Shown: positions 10,586 to 20,415 of the stretch, one piece after another
Layout: each line of letters begins with the position of its first letter
How positions within the stretch are numbered: the stretch's first letter is position 1
Source of the DNA: a virus
Virus record (IMG/VR): IMGVR_UViG_3300042502_001732
Coordinates: 79,933-143,932 of that record
Strand: one strand, 5' to 3'
DNA length: 64,000 nucleotides
Notes under the pieces: model-generated
Databases searched by the model: none
What the model saw: the letters and a program-made list of their open reading frames with translations, nothing else
Told to the model about the DNA's origin: nothing
Program-made: the position numbers and the translations under genes

Positions 10586-10686
10586 TGTGCTCCCCGCTAG
10601 GAGTCGAACCTAGGCTTCCAAGCTATCAGCAAAGCTATCCATGGTTTGCTTTGCTTTAGTGTTTGGTGTGCCAGCGCATCGGGGAG
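10586..10686 (-). ncRNA. tRNA-like ncRNA (acceptor stem + T-arm, no canonical D or anticodon arm), copy 1
   Basis: CTCCCCG/CGGGGAG stem; CTAGG-TTCGACT-CCTAG T-arm; motif A upstream; homologous to 60247-60409. Confidence 0.7.
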
Positions 10687-10713
10687 GTGAGCTTATTGTA
10701 AGTTAGTTTTTTA

Positions 10714-11196
10714 TTAGACGCTGGCAGGAATTTCTTCGTCCTCGTCGTATTCGACAAAGTTAAAGTTTTCTTTTGCAAACTCCGTGACATCAGCATCATC
10801 GACTTGGTTGTCGTCAATTTGACCTTCGGAGATGATAGCAGTCCCAGCAAACCAGCAACCGCTCTCAAAGTAGTCCAGCGTGAATTGATCGTTTGGAAAC
10901 ATTTCAGACAAAGCGGCAATGGCTTGAAGTGGTGGACTCCAAGCAGTCATAAAGGTTGCTTGAAAGTCTGCGATCTCGGAGATGAGTTGGTCAGCAACTT
11001 CACGCTGCTCTTCTTCGCTCAAGTCCCATTTGGTTCCCCAGTTTTCAAGTCTCCAATCATACCATCCATTGCCCTCAAGCAATTCGGGTGGCGTGGGTTT
11101 GATCTTCTCAAAAGAAAGACCATTTTCTTTTAGATAGCTTTCCAATTCTGGACTGCAATCCATGATCGACAATTTGTTTTCGCACCAGTTAGGCAT
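10714..11196 (-). CDS. DUF1281/YubB ferredoxin-like family protein
   Basis: MPNWCEN, WYDWRLENWGTKWD and TAWSPP motifs. Confidence 0.75.
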   Translation of the reverse strand: MPNWCENKLSIMDCSPELESYLKENGLSFEKIKPTPPELLEGNGWYDWRLENWGTKWDLSEEEQREVADQLISEIADFQATFMTAWSPPLQAIAALSEMFPNDQFTLDYFESGCWFAGTAIISEGQIDDNQVDDADVTEFAKENFNFVEYDEDEEIPASV

Positions 11197-11221
11197 AGTA
11201 GTAGTATAGTTTAGTTTCTTA

Positions 11222-11470
11222 TTAGTTGATCTTCATCAAAGAAAGAAGTTTCAATGTGATTGGCTTTTCAGCAACATGGAAGAAGAAACCATATTCCAAA
11301 ACCTCAATGTCGCCATCGACTTCGGCAAGAGAAATATAGTCATCGCCGTGATTATCAGCAACGAATGGGCCTTCGTCATCATAGCCGATAAAGTAAAGCG
11401 TATCGTTTAGATCGACAGCATAAGCGTCACCAAGTTCTTCGTGTAGTTGTTCAAGTGTGGTTGTTTGCAT
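11222..11470 (-). CDS. Hypothetical protein
   Basis: 82 aa, motif A upstream. Confidence 0.6.
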   Translation of the reverse strand: MQTTTLEQLHEELGDAYAVDLNDTLYFIGYDDEGPFVADNHGDDYISLAEVDGDIEVLEYGFFFHVAEKPITLKLLSLMKIN

Positions 11471-11830
11471 GTTGTTAGTAGTATAGTTTAGTTTCTTATT
11501 AGTGTATGGGAGTATCTCAAGTCTTCTTCGCTGTTGAAGGTGATGAAGTATTCAATTTCGGTCATATTAGGGTAGTTTGACATGGTATTAGTGGTGGTAT
11601 TTGTATTAGAGGAGATTGTGATCAATGTAGTCTTGAATGGATGGAATGCTTTCCATGTATTGCTGCAGATCAGCAATAATATCATCTAGATTCTCGCGGT
11701 TGTGAGTGTGGGGGCAACCAAGGTTGTTGTTGACAAGCTTGAGGATTTGCTCTGCGATTTCTTCGTGGGTTGGGTAGTGTTTCATATTGTTGCTTATATG
11801 GCTTTAGTGTAGGTTAGGAGTTGGGGTTAG

Positions 11831-12019
11831 TCAAATTTTTTCTGCATCCAAGTCGATGCCGTCATAGTCAACCCAGAAAGATCCTTCGATGTAGGAGCTT
11901 TCTTTGGGCAAAGGTCTTTCATCTTGTTCCGCGAGTTCAATCGCATCTTGCAATGATTCAGCTTCAATTTCCATGTATCCGTAAGATTCCCAGACACAGG
12001 GGATTTTGTATGTTTTCAT
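11831..12019 (-). CDS. Small hypothetical phage protein
   Basis: IEAESLQDAIELA...YIEGSF; motif A upstream. Confidence 0.6.
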   Translation of the reverse strand: MKTYKIPCVWESYGYMEIEAESLQDAIELAEQDERPLPKESSYIEGSFWVDYDGIDLDAEKI

Positions 12020-12216
12020 GTTGTTAGTAGTATAGTTTAGTTTCTTATTAGTCTACGAGAAACCTGCGCTTCCATTGTGATTCTTGCACTTGTTTATCAA
12101 GCCAAGATTGTTGTTGAAAGATGCGGATTCCATACACAGGTTTTTGTTTTGTAAAAAACAATGATATGATTTGGTCGAGTAGCTTCATGTTGTTATGATA
12201 GTTTAGTTTTTTATTA

Positions 12217-12567
12217 TTACCTTGCATTTAGAGCATACACAAGTCGGTTGTTAATAATGACACCATCGGCTTTGTCAATATACTTTGTTCCATCAAAGAA
12301 TCTTTCTTTTAGATATGGATTGTATCCTACGATTTGGTATTGATGTTGAGTGGGATCAAGTTCATTGGTAGGTTCTCCAATAATAAATGCGTGGACATTT
12401 TTCCTCTTTTGTTGCAACACTCTTTGTCTTCCTGCTTCACTCACCTTGAATGAAACATTCTTGAGATGTATTGCATCAACATGACGCATGACTTTCCACA
12501 CGCCATTGACTTTCTCTTGAACACTCAAGCGTTTTTTATGTAGATTGTAGTAGACGCGAACATTCAT
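12217..12567 (-). CDS. Conserved hypothetical phage protein
   Basis: VYYNLHK...FKVSEAGRQRV...KNVHAF motif set. Confidence 0.7.
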   Translation of the reverse strand: MNVRVYYNLHKKRLSVQEKVNGVWKVMRHVDAIHLKNVSFKVSEAGRQRVLQQKRKNVHAFIIGEPTNELDPTQHQYQIVGYNPYLKERFFDGTKYIDKADGVIINNRLVYALNAR

Positions 12568-12834
12568 AAGTTTATTGAGCTAGTTTTTGAAGGGCTTCAA
12601 GACAATCAAGGCGGGTCTTTTTTCCCGTGATTGCTTTGGCAGTTTTGAATACGAGATTGCGACTATGCCGCATTCCCATGATTTCAAGTTTCAATCCGCT
12701 GATAAGGACACGCAAGCGGTATCCATCAATTTGTTCTTTAGTAGTTAGTATCATAGCGACCTCAGTATATTCTAGTTTTTTATTATTAAAATAAGGGCAG
12801 TTTTATGTCATACCCAGGACATTGCTACTACTAC

Positions 12835-13338
12835 TTATGAAAGTTCCTCATAATCCTCTGTGCCAAGGATATTGTTAGATTTTACGGTGAAACATTCGGG
12901 GCGATTTTCTTCTGGATTCAGTAGCTTTTTGCGCTCGCTTTCAGTAAGAAACTCAGCGAATGTTCCTTTATCGACCACTTGCCCATCGACATAATAAGTC
13001 GAAGATGGAAAGTGATTGTTGCCAGTTGAAGGATAAAGCCTGATATATTCAGCATCTTTATGCTCAATAACATAGGGAAATTGTTTCCAATTACCCCATG
13101 GCAGACTTTGCACTTCCCCACGCTCGCCATTTTCAATGGCATCTTTGACGCTGGAAAGGTTAGCAAAGTTCACGCCAGCACGAACAACAGCACTTGTCAC
13201 TTTTTCAAGAATGACATTCTTATGAGCGGCGGCGGGTTTGGGATTGCTTTTCCAATAGGCTTTTACAAAAGAACCTTTCGTGTTGAGGATCTTATTGATA
13301 ACTTCAGTTGCGGTTAGTGATGCAGTATGTGTATTCAT
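12835..13338 (-). CDS. Hypothetical phage protein
   Basis: 167 aa, LPWGNW..FPYVIEHK; motif A upstream. Confidence 0.7.
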   Translation of the reverse strand: MNTHTASLTATEVINKILNTKGSFVKAYWKSNPKPAAAHKNVILEKVTSAVVRAGVNFANLSSVKDAIENGERGEVQSLPWGNWKQFPYVIEHKDAEYIRLYPSTGNNHFPSSTYYVDGQVVDKGTFAEFLTESERKKLLNPEENRPECFTVKSNNILGTEDYEELS

Positions 13339-13443
13339 AGCGACCTTAATATAATCTAGTTTCTTATTAGTGACAGTGTATTGGGGTTTGGTAACGAAAC
13401 AGATTTCATTACCAAAACCAATATATTCTAGTTTTTTATTAGT

Positions 13444-14961
13444 TTATTCAGCTTCTTTATTGCCACGAGTCGGGCAATCGGTGATATGAACAAGTTTGTT
13501 CTTTGCTCGCGTGATGGCAACATATGAGAGATTCTTTTCTTGTTCTTTCATCCAATCCAAAACCGCATACTTACTTGGTTGAAATTGACTCATACCAAGG
13601 ATATAACAGTTGTCAAATTCCAATCCTTTTGACTTGTGAATGCTTGACAGTGTGACTACATTCGGCTTTTTATAGTCGTCATTATCACTGAACATATCAC
13701 TGATAAGTTTTTGAAGAGATGCAACATCATGCTTGCCGAGGGTTTGGCATCGCTCAATGAGAATCATCATTGTATCAAATTTGTCTTCAAGCAGTGCAAG
13801 TTTTGCTTTACTAGCCTTTTCGCTTTCACGATCAAAATGCTTTTGAAGTCGAAGTGTAAACGTTGCCAAGTCTTTTACTTTCCACTTGCGAGTGAGTGTA
13901 ATAAGGTTTTGACCAATGTCTTTTCCTTCGATTCTACAACCAATGCCTTCACGAATAAGCGCAAACGCAAGAGCAACAAGCGGGGAATTATTGCGACATA
14001 TGATACCATCATTTTTATTAAGGTTTAATGACGGTGTAGATTTTACAAATTCATCATACTTAATTGAAGATATTTCCCCGTCGTTGTTATTTTCAAATGC
14101 TTCAATGTCTGCTACATATTCTTTAGCAGCGGTGATAATATTCTTTCCGCAGCGATAGCAAACACTCAGCGGAAGTTCAACAGCGTCAAACATAGTTTTG
14201 ATGAGTTCCATGCTATTGTTTTCAGCACCAGTAAACCCATAGATAGCTTGATTTGGATCACCAATAGCAATCAATCTACCACCTGGCTTAAGCATTTTCT
14301 TGAGCAAAAGCTTTCTACAAACATTGGTATCTTGTGCTTCATCAACAATAATCCAATCATATTGTATCATATCAACATCAAAAAGCAATGGGAAATAAAG
14401 CATATCACTGAAATCAATGCTTTTGACATCACGGTTATTAAGATCCAGTACCTTTTGGCATACATCAATAATCGTTTCCAAGCTCACATCAGCATCAATA
14501 TCAATATCATTATGCTGAATAATATTGACCCAAGCATTGATATCATCAACAGTGTTGCAACCAGAAACACCAAAACCGTATTCTTTTGCAAAGCGAACCA
14601 TATCCATGATTGCTTTACGACACTTCATAAGTTCCCCTTCTTGAGTGAAATACTCAACAAAGTTATAAACCTTGGAGTTATTAACACTCATTTTGCCTTT
14701 TGCTTTGGCAAGACTTTTCAATGATTCACTATGAAAAGTAGCAGCACTTGCATTGGGATAACCCATAGTAACAAGACGATTTTGCAATTCAGTTGCAATT
14801 TTCTTGTTGAAAGCAAGCATCAAAACATCACCGCTCATACGATCAACAGCATTGATAGCAGTAGTAGTTTTACCACTTCCCGCTTTAGCATTGACAATCG
14901 CATTGCCAGTTCCTTCAGATACCCATTTATATATATTTTCTTGATAAGTAGATGCAAACAT
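13444..14961 (-). CDS. UvrD/Rep-like SF1 helicase
   Basis: AKAGSGKTT Walker A, VDEAQD, GDPNQAIYGF, SIHKSKGLEF, YVAITRA. Confidence 0.92.
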   Translation of the reverse strand: MFASTYQENIYKWVSEGTGNAIVNAKAGSGKTTTAINAVDRMSGDVLMLAFNKKIATELQNRLVTMGYPNASAATFHSESLKSLAKAKGKMSVNNSKVYNFVEYFTQEGELMKCRKAIMDMVRFAKEYGFGVSGCNTVDDINAWVNIIQHNDIDIDADVSLETIIDVCQKVLDLNNRDVKSIDFSDMLYFPLLFDVDMIQYDWIIVDEAQDTNVCRKLLLKKMLKPGGRLIAIGDPNQAIYGFTGAENNSMELIKTMFDAVELPLSVCYRCGKNIITAAKEYVADIEAFENNNDGEISSIKYDEFVKSTPSLNLNKNDGIICRNNSPLVALAFALIREGIGCRIEGKDIGQNLITLTRKWKVKDLATFTLRLQKHFDRESEKASKAKLALLEDKFDTMMILIERCQTLGKHDVASLQKLISDMFSDNDDYKKPNVVTLSSIHKSKGLEFDNCYILGMSQFQPSKYAVLDWMKEQEKNLSYVAITRAKNKLVHITDCPTRGNKEAE

Positions 14962-15029
14962 GTGACAGCAGTATATTCTAGTTTTTTAGTAGTCTTTTTT
15001 CTACAATTCTAGTTTTTTAGTAGTGGATA

Positions 15030-15728
15030 TTACTCTGGATTCACAACAAATCCCGTATCATCTTTCTTGGCTTTGCCTTTATCAACAAGACCAACAACAC
15101 AATTACTAGGATCAAGAAAGCGAAGATCATTGGTATCACCATCAACAACAACCTTATTCTTGTAAGTAGCAGGAAGTTTTTTGCGAAAAACAACAGCAAC
15201 ATTGCCACCCATACTCATAATAAGATCAGTATGAGATTCATTGCTTTCACTACGAGAGAAAGTAAGATGATAATTCTTTGGAAAATTACCATTAACAAAC
15301 TCAATCATACGCTTTACATTCTTGGTATAATCATAAAATACAACATCGGGAAAGTGTTGCATCATATTCTTGCCTTGAAACAAGACATTTTCCCAAGGAA
15401 TATCACTTGTAAGATTGAATCTAAAGCAAGGAATCATATCATTCTTCTTTGCTTTTTTAACAGCACTTTGAATTTCTTTATACAATTTAAGCAAGAAATC
15501 TTGTTTATCATTAAAGAAATACTTGGTTTTATTGATACGAGATTGTTGAACATTTGAATAAACACCCATGCCAGCGGTATTAAGACAAGCAGCCGCACAA
15601 CCTATTGATGCAAATTGACAAGTGTTATAACCAGACAATTTAGCAGGAGCTAAATGAATACCATTTGAATAATAACCAAATGATTCACCTTTTTTGATTT
15701 TTGTATTTGCAGTAGTGAGTAGTTTCAT
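15030..15728 (-). CDS. Gp88-like phage protein (Cys-rich)
   Basis: CQFASIGCAAACLNTAG, RFNLTSDI, FYDYTK, DGDTNDLRFLD. Confidence 0.75.
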   Translation of the reverse strand: MKLLTTANTKIKKGESFGYYSNGIHLAPAKLSGYNTCQFASIGCAAACLNTAGMGVYSNVQQSRINKTKYFFNDKQDFLLKLYKEIQSAVKKAKKNDMIPCFRFNLTSDIPWENVLFQGKNMMQHFPDVVFYDYTKNVKRMIEFVNGNFPKNYHLTFSRSESNESHTDLIMSMGGNVAVVFRKKLPATYKNKVVVDGDTNDLRFLDPSNCVVGLVDKGKAKKDDTGFVVNPE

Positions 15729-17016
15729 AGCGACAACAATATAATCTAGTTTTTTATTAGTTTCGATTCAATCGTGATGATGAATATCAATAAAACAATA
15801 TGATGATTTATTGATATTGATTTCAATCATGCGAAATCATTATGATCTAGTTTCTTATTAGTTTTTATATCTTTTTCTATATTGATATATAAACTTATAT
15901 CTTCAACTATGATAATCTAGTTTTTTATTAGTCTTTTTATCCTTTCTACTATCTGTTTATCTTTGTTTTATTTTTTTAATTATTATTGTCTTTATCATTG
16001 ATAAAATTTGCTATATCATTATTAGTTACGCTACGCGACATGTTTTATTCCGTAACTCATTGATAATCAATGATTTTGTTTTTTTGGATACAGATCGTTG
16101 GATATATATTATATTGTGTTTATCTGGCGTATTTTGTTGATATATATCGTGTGTGTATCTGTGTGTGCTTGTGTGTATCTATGTGTATTTTGATACATTT
16201 TATGCGTATTTTGATATTGTTTTAGTATATTTTGGTGTATTTATACGCTATTTTTGTTTGTTTTTGATCCTCATTTCCTTTATGAGTTGATCGTATTCCC
16301 CGCTTCTGTATTGTTTTAAGATGATATCCACTGCAATGCAACAGGCTTTAAAATTATTTTTTTGGGTATTGTTTGATTGTTTCATGTGTGTGTTGTTGTT
16401 ATTGTGTGTATGCTTATTCACTAGCCATTATGCGTTTTATCAAATTTACATGTTTATATCAGATAAACAAAGTTGTGATATTTACAAAGTTATAATGGTG
16501 ACATTATTGTATTGATACCAATGTCAATGAACTGATATGTTATTGTCTATTTTTATTTTAGAATTTGGAAAAGTCCAACACTCTTTTGTATCGTTTATAA
16601 AACAAACCCAGTGTAAGTCATGTTCTTGGGAATAATCAATTACCAGATGTGCATATCCTTTTCCTTTGGGTGTTGTTACTGGTATTGTTGGGTTTAATTG
16701 TAATATCATAAGTTACATTTGTTTTTATAATTTATATTTGAATGTCTTACCATCTATGATATTGTCTTGTACCAATATATCAAGTGCCAAGGATTTATCT
16801 AGGATTTCGTAGGGATTATCTTTTGATTCCAACAACATATTGTTTCCTATCTTGTCGTTGATTACAGGATGGATTGTTATGTTTTGTATGTTTATTGTTT
16901 TGTCTTGCAGTAATGTGAACGTTATGTGTGCTAGATGAACATCTGCGTCTTCTTCGCTGGTTATCAATGATCGATGAATGTACTGCATATTTGATGTTTT
17001 GTTGTATCAAAGTTTG

Positions 17017-17265
17017 TTACTTTTTAATCTCTAGGATTTCCACCTTCACGATCTTGCGTGAGATTTCGTTGTGGAATACATAATCAGATCCCACATAATA
17101 ATCATCTACAATCTGTTGGATTGATTTATCTACCAGCATTACTAAAAGAACATTAAAGCCAGTAGTGAAGCGATCACCGTCTTCAATTGTGATATTCAGT
17201 GTAACTGTGATATATTCGCGTCTACTACAATCTTCATAAAAAACGCTTGAGTGTTCGTTGGTCAT
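17017..17265 (-). CDS. Hypothetical protein, paralog of 33894-34103
   Basis: Near-identical TLNITIE.GDRFTTGFNVLLVML core. Confidence 0.7.
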   Translation of the reverse strand: MTNEHSSVFYEDCSRREYITVTLNITIEDGDRFTTGFNVLLVMLVDKSIQQIVDDYYVGSDYVFHNEISRKIVKVEILEIKK

Positions 17266-17508
17266 ATTGTTATTGTATCAGAGTTTTATTACCAGTGGGT
17301 GTATTCTTTGATGATACCCTCTTCATTCAGATAGCGAGCACACACATAAGTCTGAACGCAACTATCATCACATGTCTCGAAAACATGAAACTTATCTTGC
17401 AACTCATACACAGCTTCGAGATACAATCTGCATGCTTCTTTTGCAGAGTCTAAGTTAGGATGAACATCATTAGGTGGCATAGTCATACTCTTATTGTATT
17501 AGTGTTCC

Positions 17509-17709
17509 TTAGTCCAATTCGTAGGTATCAACCTCGATGCCGATCTTACTTAGCTCGTGTACAGCGTGATTGCGATACCATTCTTGATTCCAAAGCATCT
17601 CAAGACCTCCTTTTTTGAAGTCGTCTGGAAGAAGAAGGGATGTCATCTCACTAGCTTTGATAAAGTCTTCTTCGCTGTTGAAGGTGATGAAGTATTCCAT
17701 TTCGGTCAT
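17509..17709 (-). CDS. Small hypothetical protein
   Basis: MTEMEYFITFNSEEDF; truncated copy near 11500-11565; weak similarity to 52839-53039. Confidence 0.65.
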   Translation of the reverse strand: MTEMEYFITFNSEEDFIKASEMTSLLLPDDFKKGGLEMLWNQEWYRNHAVHELSKIGIEVDTYELD

Positions 17710-17721
17710 ATTATTATTGTA

Positions 17722-17856
17722 TCAGTGTTCCTTGTTTATTTCCTTCTTACCATCCTTACGCACACGCTTATTCTGTATGCGTTTATAGTATTTGCGTAGA
17801 TGCTTCCACCATTGAACGGTCTTGACACCGCCTTTACTCTTTGATGAACTACTCAT
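17722..17856 (-). CDS. 44-aa basic peptide, copy 1 of 3
   Basis: MSSSSKSKGGVKTVQWWKHLRKYYKRIQNKRVRKDGKKEINKEH; below the ORF-track cutoff. Confidence 0.65.
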   Translation of the reverse strand: MSSSSKSKGGVKTVQWWKHLRKYYKRIQNKRVRKDGKKEINKEH

Positions 17857-17872
17857 TTGTTTATTGATAAAA

Positions 17873-18481
17873 TTAACTGACGGTTTGTTGTTCTAGTTGT
17901 TTGAGTTTGTTTTTCAAGCTGTTTAATTTGTTTTCAATCGAGCTGTTTTTATTTTCAACGAGTCGTATCATTGATCTACAGCATTTACAAAACTGATAGT
18001 ATGATGGTTTTGGATTGTTGCCTTGATATTTCAAGGAGTTTTGAATACGATTATGACTGGTGGTTTTGACGCGAATAATCCTTGAACAATCGCATGTGTA
18101 TTCGTATGTGTTTTGTCGTTTGGTTTTGGTAACACTGGTGTCATAGCTGTGGCAACGAATCGGTTCAGCATTGAAAACCTTTATCATAACATATTTCCAT
18201 TCTTTGCCATGACTCTTTACAAAACTACCAAACACCATTCTCTGAATATAATGAGCCATTTCATGAACAACAATCTCATGAAAGGTTTGTTTGTTATGCT
18301 CTGCCAAGTCAAGTTGGAACATCAATTCTCTGATTGATTGATTAAAAGACACAAGACAAGTTCCTGCTGTTGTGCCGTTTCTTTTAAAGATGATGTTGGT
18401 GGGTCTTGGAAAAACCCTGTTAAAGAATTTTTCAGCAATGAGGAAACATTCTTCAACCTTTTGTAGTATGGTGTCTTGCAT
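17873..18481 (-). CDS. SprT-like zinc metalloprotease
   Basis: HEMAH, HGKEWK, Y.CDC and CKCC. Confidence 0.85.
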   Translation of the reverse strand: MQDTILQKVEECFLIAEKFFNRVFPRPTNIIFKRNGTTAGTCLVSFNQSIRELMFQLDLAEHNKQTFHEIVVHEMAHYIQRMVFGSFVKSHGKEWKYVMIKVFNAEPIRCHSYDTSVTKTKRQNTYEYTCDCSRIIRVKTTSHNRIQNSLKYQGNNPKPSYYQFCKCCRSMIRLVENKNSSIENKLNSLKNKLKQLEQQTVS

Positions 18482-18585
18482 GACAACAGTATATTTTAGT
18501 TTTTTATTAGTTTCTTGAAATCCATCAAACGATGAAATGAATCTACAATCCTTTTATAAAAAAAACAATTTGACTAAATAATACT

Positions 18586-18891
18586 ATGACTACAAAAGAT
18601 CAATATAATTTAGCTAACTTGTATAAGGAATCATACGAAAATGATGACATTTCATTTGATGCTGATTTATCCGATGTTAATTTAACTTACAATGATGAAG
18701 AATCTGCACTTATTGAAAAATATGGCAAATTGGGAGAAAAGCTTGTAAATTACTTTCATGCACTTGAAAATGCACTTAAAAATCCCATGACTAATTTTGC
18801 AACTATTCAACACTTAACGGATAAAATCAATTCCATGCAACATGGTATGCGTATGGTAGATAGTAGAAACAAAGTTGATAGACATTCATAA
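18586..18891 (+). CDS. Hypothetical protein (leader family)
   Basis: MTTKDQYNLANLYKE leader; CTAAATA upstream. Confidence 0.65.
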   Translation: MTTKDQYNLANLYKESYENDDISFDADLSDVNLTYNDEESALIEKYGKLGEKLVNYFHALENALKNPMTNFATIQHLTDKINSMQHGMRMVDSRNKVDRHS

Positions 18892-19418
18892 ATTTTTAAA
18901 GTTATCCAATTAAGATTGCTTTACAATCGCTTTCTTCCTCCTCTTCAACAATCTCATGGTTGCCATAATACCATTCACTATTTACTCCTAGCTTTATAGA
19001 CTCTTCTCTACATACAGAACACGCATTTACTCCTCCTTCATATCCATTAACAACAACCATTGTTTCTGGATCGTATTCTTGAAGTTTTTCAATTAATTGT
19101 TTGACTTTCATCTTCAATTAAAAAAGAAAGGAAACGATTGTTTGACTAGGGAAAGAGTCAATTCTTCACAGATCAACCATTTGATAAGAACGATTGGGTA
19201 AAAGATGGCATCAATGATTCCCCAGAATAGACTATTGTTGTTTAGGTTATATCCCAGTACACCAACGATGTAAGCCAAGACATAACTATAATTAGAACGG
19301 TAATGATAAGTTTTGTTCATATTAAAAAAGATTAATAATTGCTTTAATGATGGTTACGAAAACCATTGTTAAGCACACTCCCATAAAGAGTGTGCAAAGA
19401 ATTAGGATTGGTGTTGAA

Positions 19419-19682
19419 TCAAAGTTTTTCATTTAAAAATGTTTCTATTTCTTCGAAAAATTCACCATCCCATTCACGATTTTTATTGATGGTTTCAAAT
19501 TCATCTGTTAAGTCTTCAGCAAGTTCATAAAGACCACCGTGTCCTTTTTCTTTAATAGTCTTTTCCAACAATTCACTGTGGTCTATTTCATGCGTATGCA
19601 TCGCATGTGCAACAGTGATTGCCGCAACTACTTCATAATGAGTCTCTTGCCAAGATGCAAATCCGTTTGGGAAATTTTTCAT
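19419..19682 (-). CDS. Hypothetical phage protein
   Basis: FPNGFASWQETHYEVV; motif A upstream. Confidence 0.65.
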   Translation of the reverse strand: MKNFPNGFASWQETHYEVVAAITVAHAMHTHEIDHSELLEKTIKEKGHGGLYELAEDLTDEFETINKNREWDGEFFEEIETFLNEKL

Positions 19683-19778
19683 AAATGTAATTTAGATGAG
19701 ATGATTGTATTTTAGTTTTTTATTAGAATTTTTTTATAAAAGATTATGAATCTATTCATAATATGGATAAATAATAAT

Positions 19779-20138
19779 ATGAAATGTTTAATTTGTGAGA
19801 AATCATTAGAGGGAAGACAGAAAAAATTTTGTAGTAGTAAATGTAAAAGTATGTTAGCTAATAATAAATTGCAAAATTATCAAGCACAGCAAACAAGGGG
19901 CAAGATAAGAAAAAAAAAGTTAATCGAAATGAAAGGAGGCTGTTGTGAAAAATGCGGTTATAATAAAAGTTTAGCAGCATTGTCTTTTCATCATTTGAAT
20001 CCAAATCTTAAAAAATTTCATTTAGATATTAGAAATCTTTCCAATAGGAAGTGGGAAATGATTATTGAAGAATTTAATGAATGTGAATTGTTGTGTTTTA
20101 ATTGTCATATGGAATTACATCATGGTTGCGAATGGTAG
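19779..20138 (+). CDS. Free-standing HNH endonuclease
   Basis: MKCLICE..KFCSSKC; CEKCGY..LSFHH..CELLCFNCHMELH; stop overlaps the tRNA 3' end. Confidence 0.85.
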   Translation: MKCLICEKSLEGRQKKFCSSKCKSMLANNKLQNYQAQQTRGKIRKKKLIEMKGGCCEKCGYNKSLAALSFHHLNPNLKKFHLDIRNLSNRKWEMIIEEFNECELLCFNCHMELHHGCEW

Positions 20139-20415
20139 GGGTGGAGGGATTCGAACCCCCACTCAATCGATTATGCTTACCACTATAGTTTTCACTACCC
20201 TTTCGGTTTGTGGTCTGGACTATCCCTTAATCTTCAGCATTACCTGTTAAGACTGAACTATTATAGTCTCTGCACGTCTCTCTTTCGAGATTTCGCTCAA
20301 GATTGGCATCAGCATTACCTGTTAAGCGTTCCTTGAATTTAAGTTCTGCTAACTTATTATTTCTAACAAGAAGACCCGTTAAAGTCGACTGCTTTGACCA
20401 TTAAGCTACACCCCT
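20133..20415 (-). tRNA. tRNA(CAU), probably Ile2, interrupted by a group I intron
   Basis: Exons 20383-20415 and 20133-20175 splice to AGGGGTG...GTCGA-CT-CAT-AA-TCGAT...CACCCCT-A-CCA. Confidence 0.9.
20176..20382 (-). mobile_element. 207-nt group I intron (IC3-like), no ORF
   Basis: Follows exon U33, ends in G; P1 GACU/GGUC with U-G wobble; AAATTC..GAA, GCAGAGACTA and GATAGTCCA core motifs. Confidence 0.88.
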
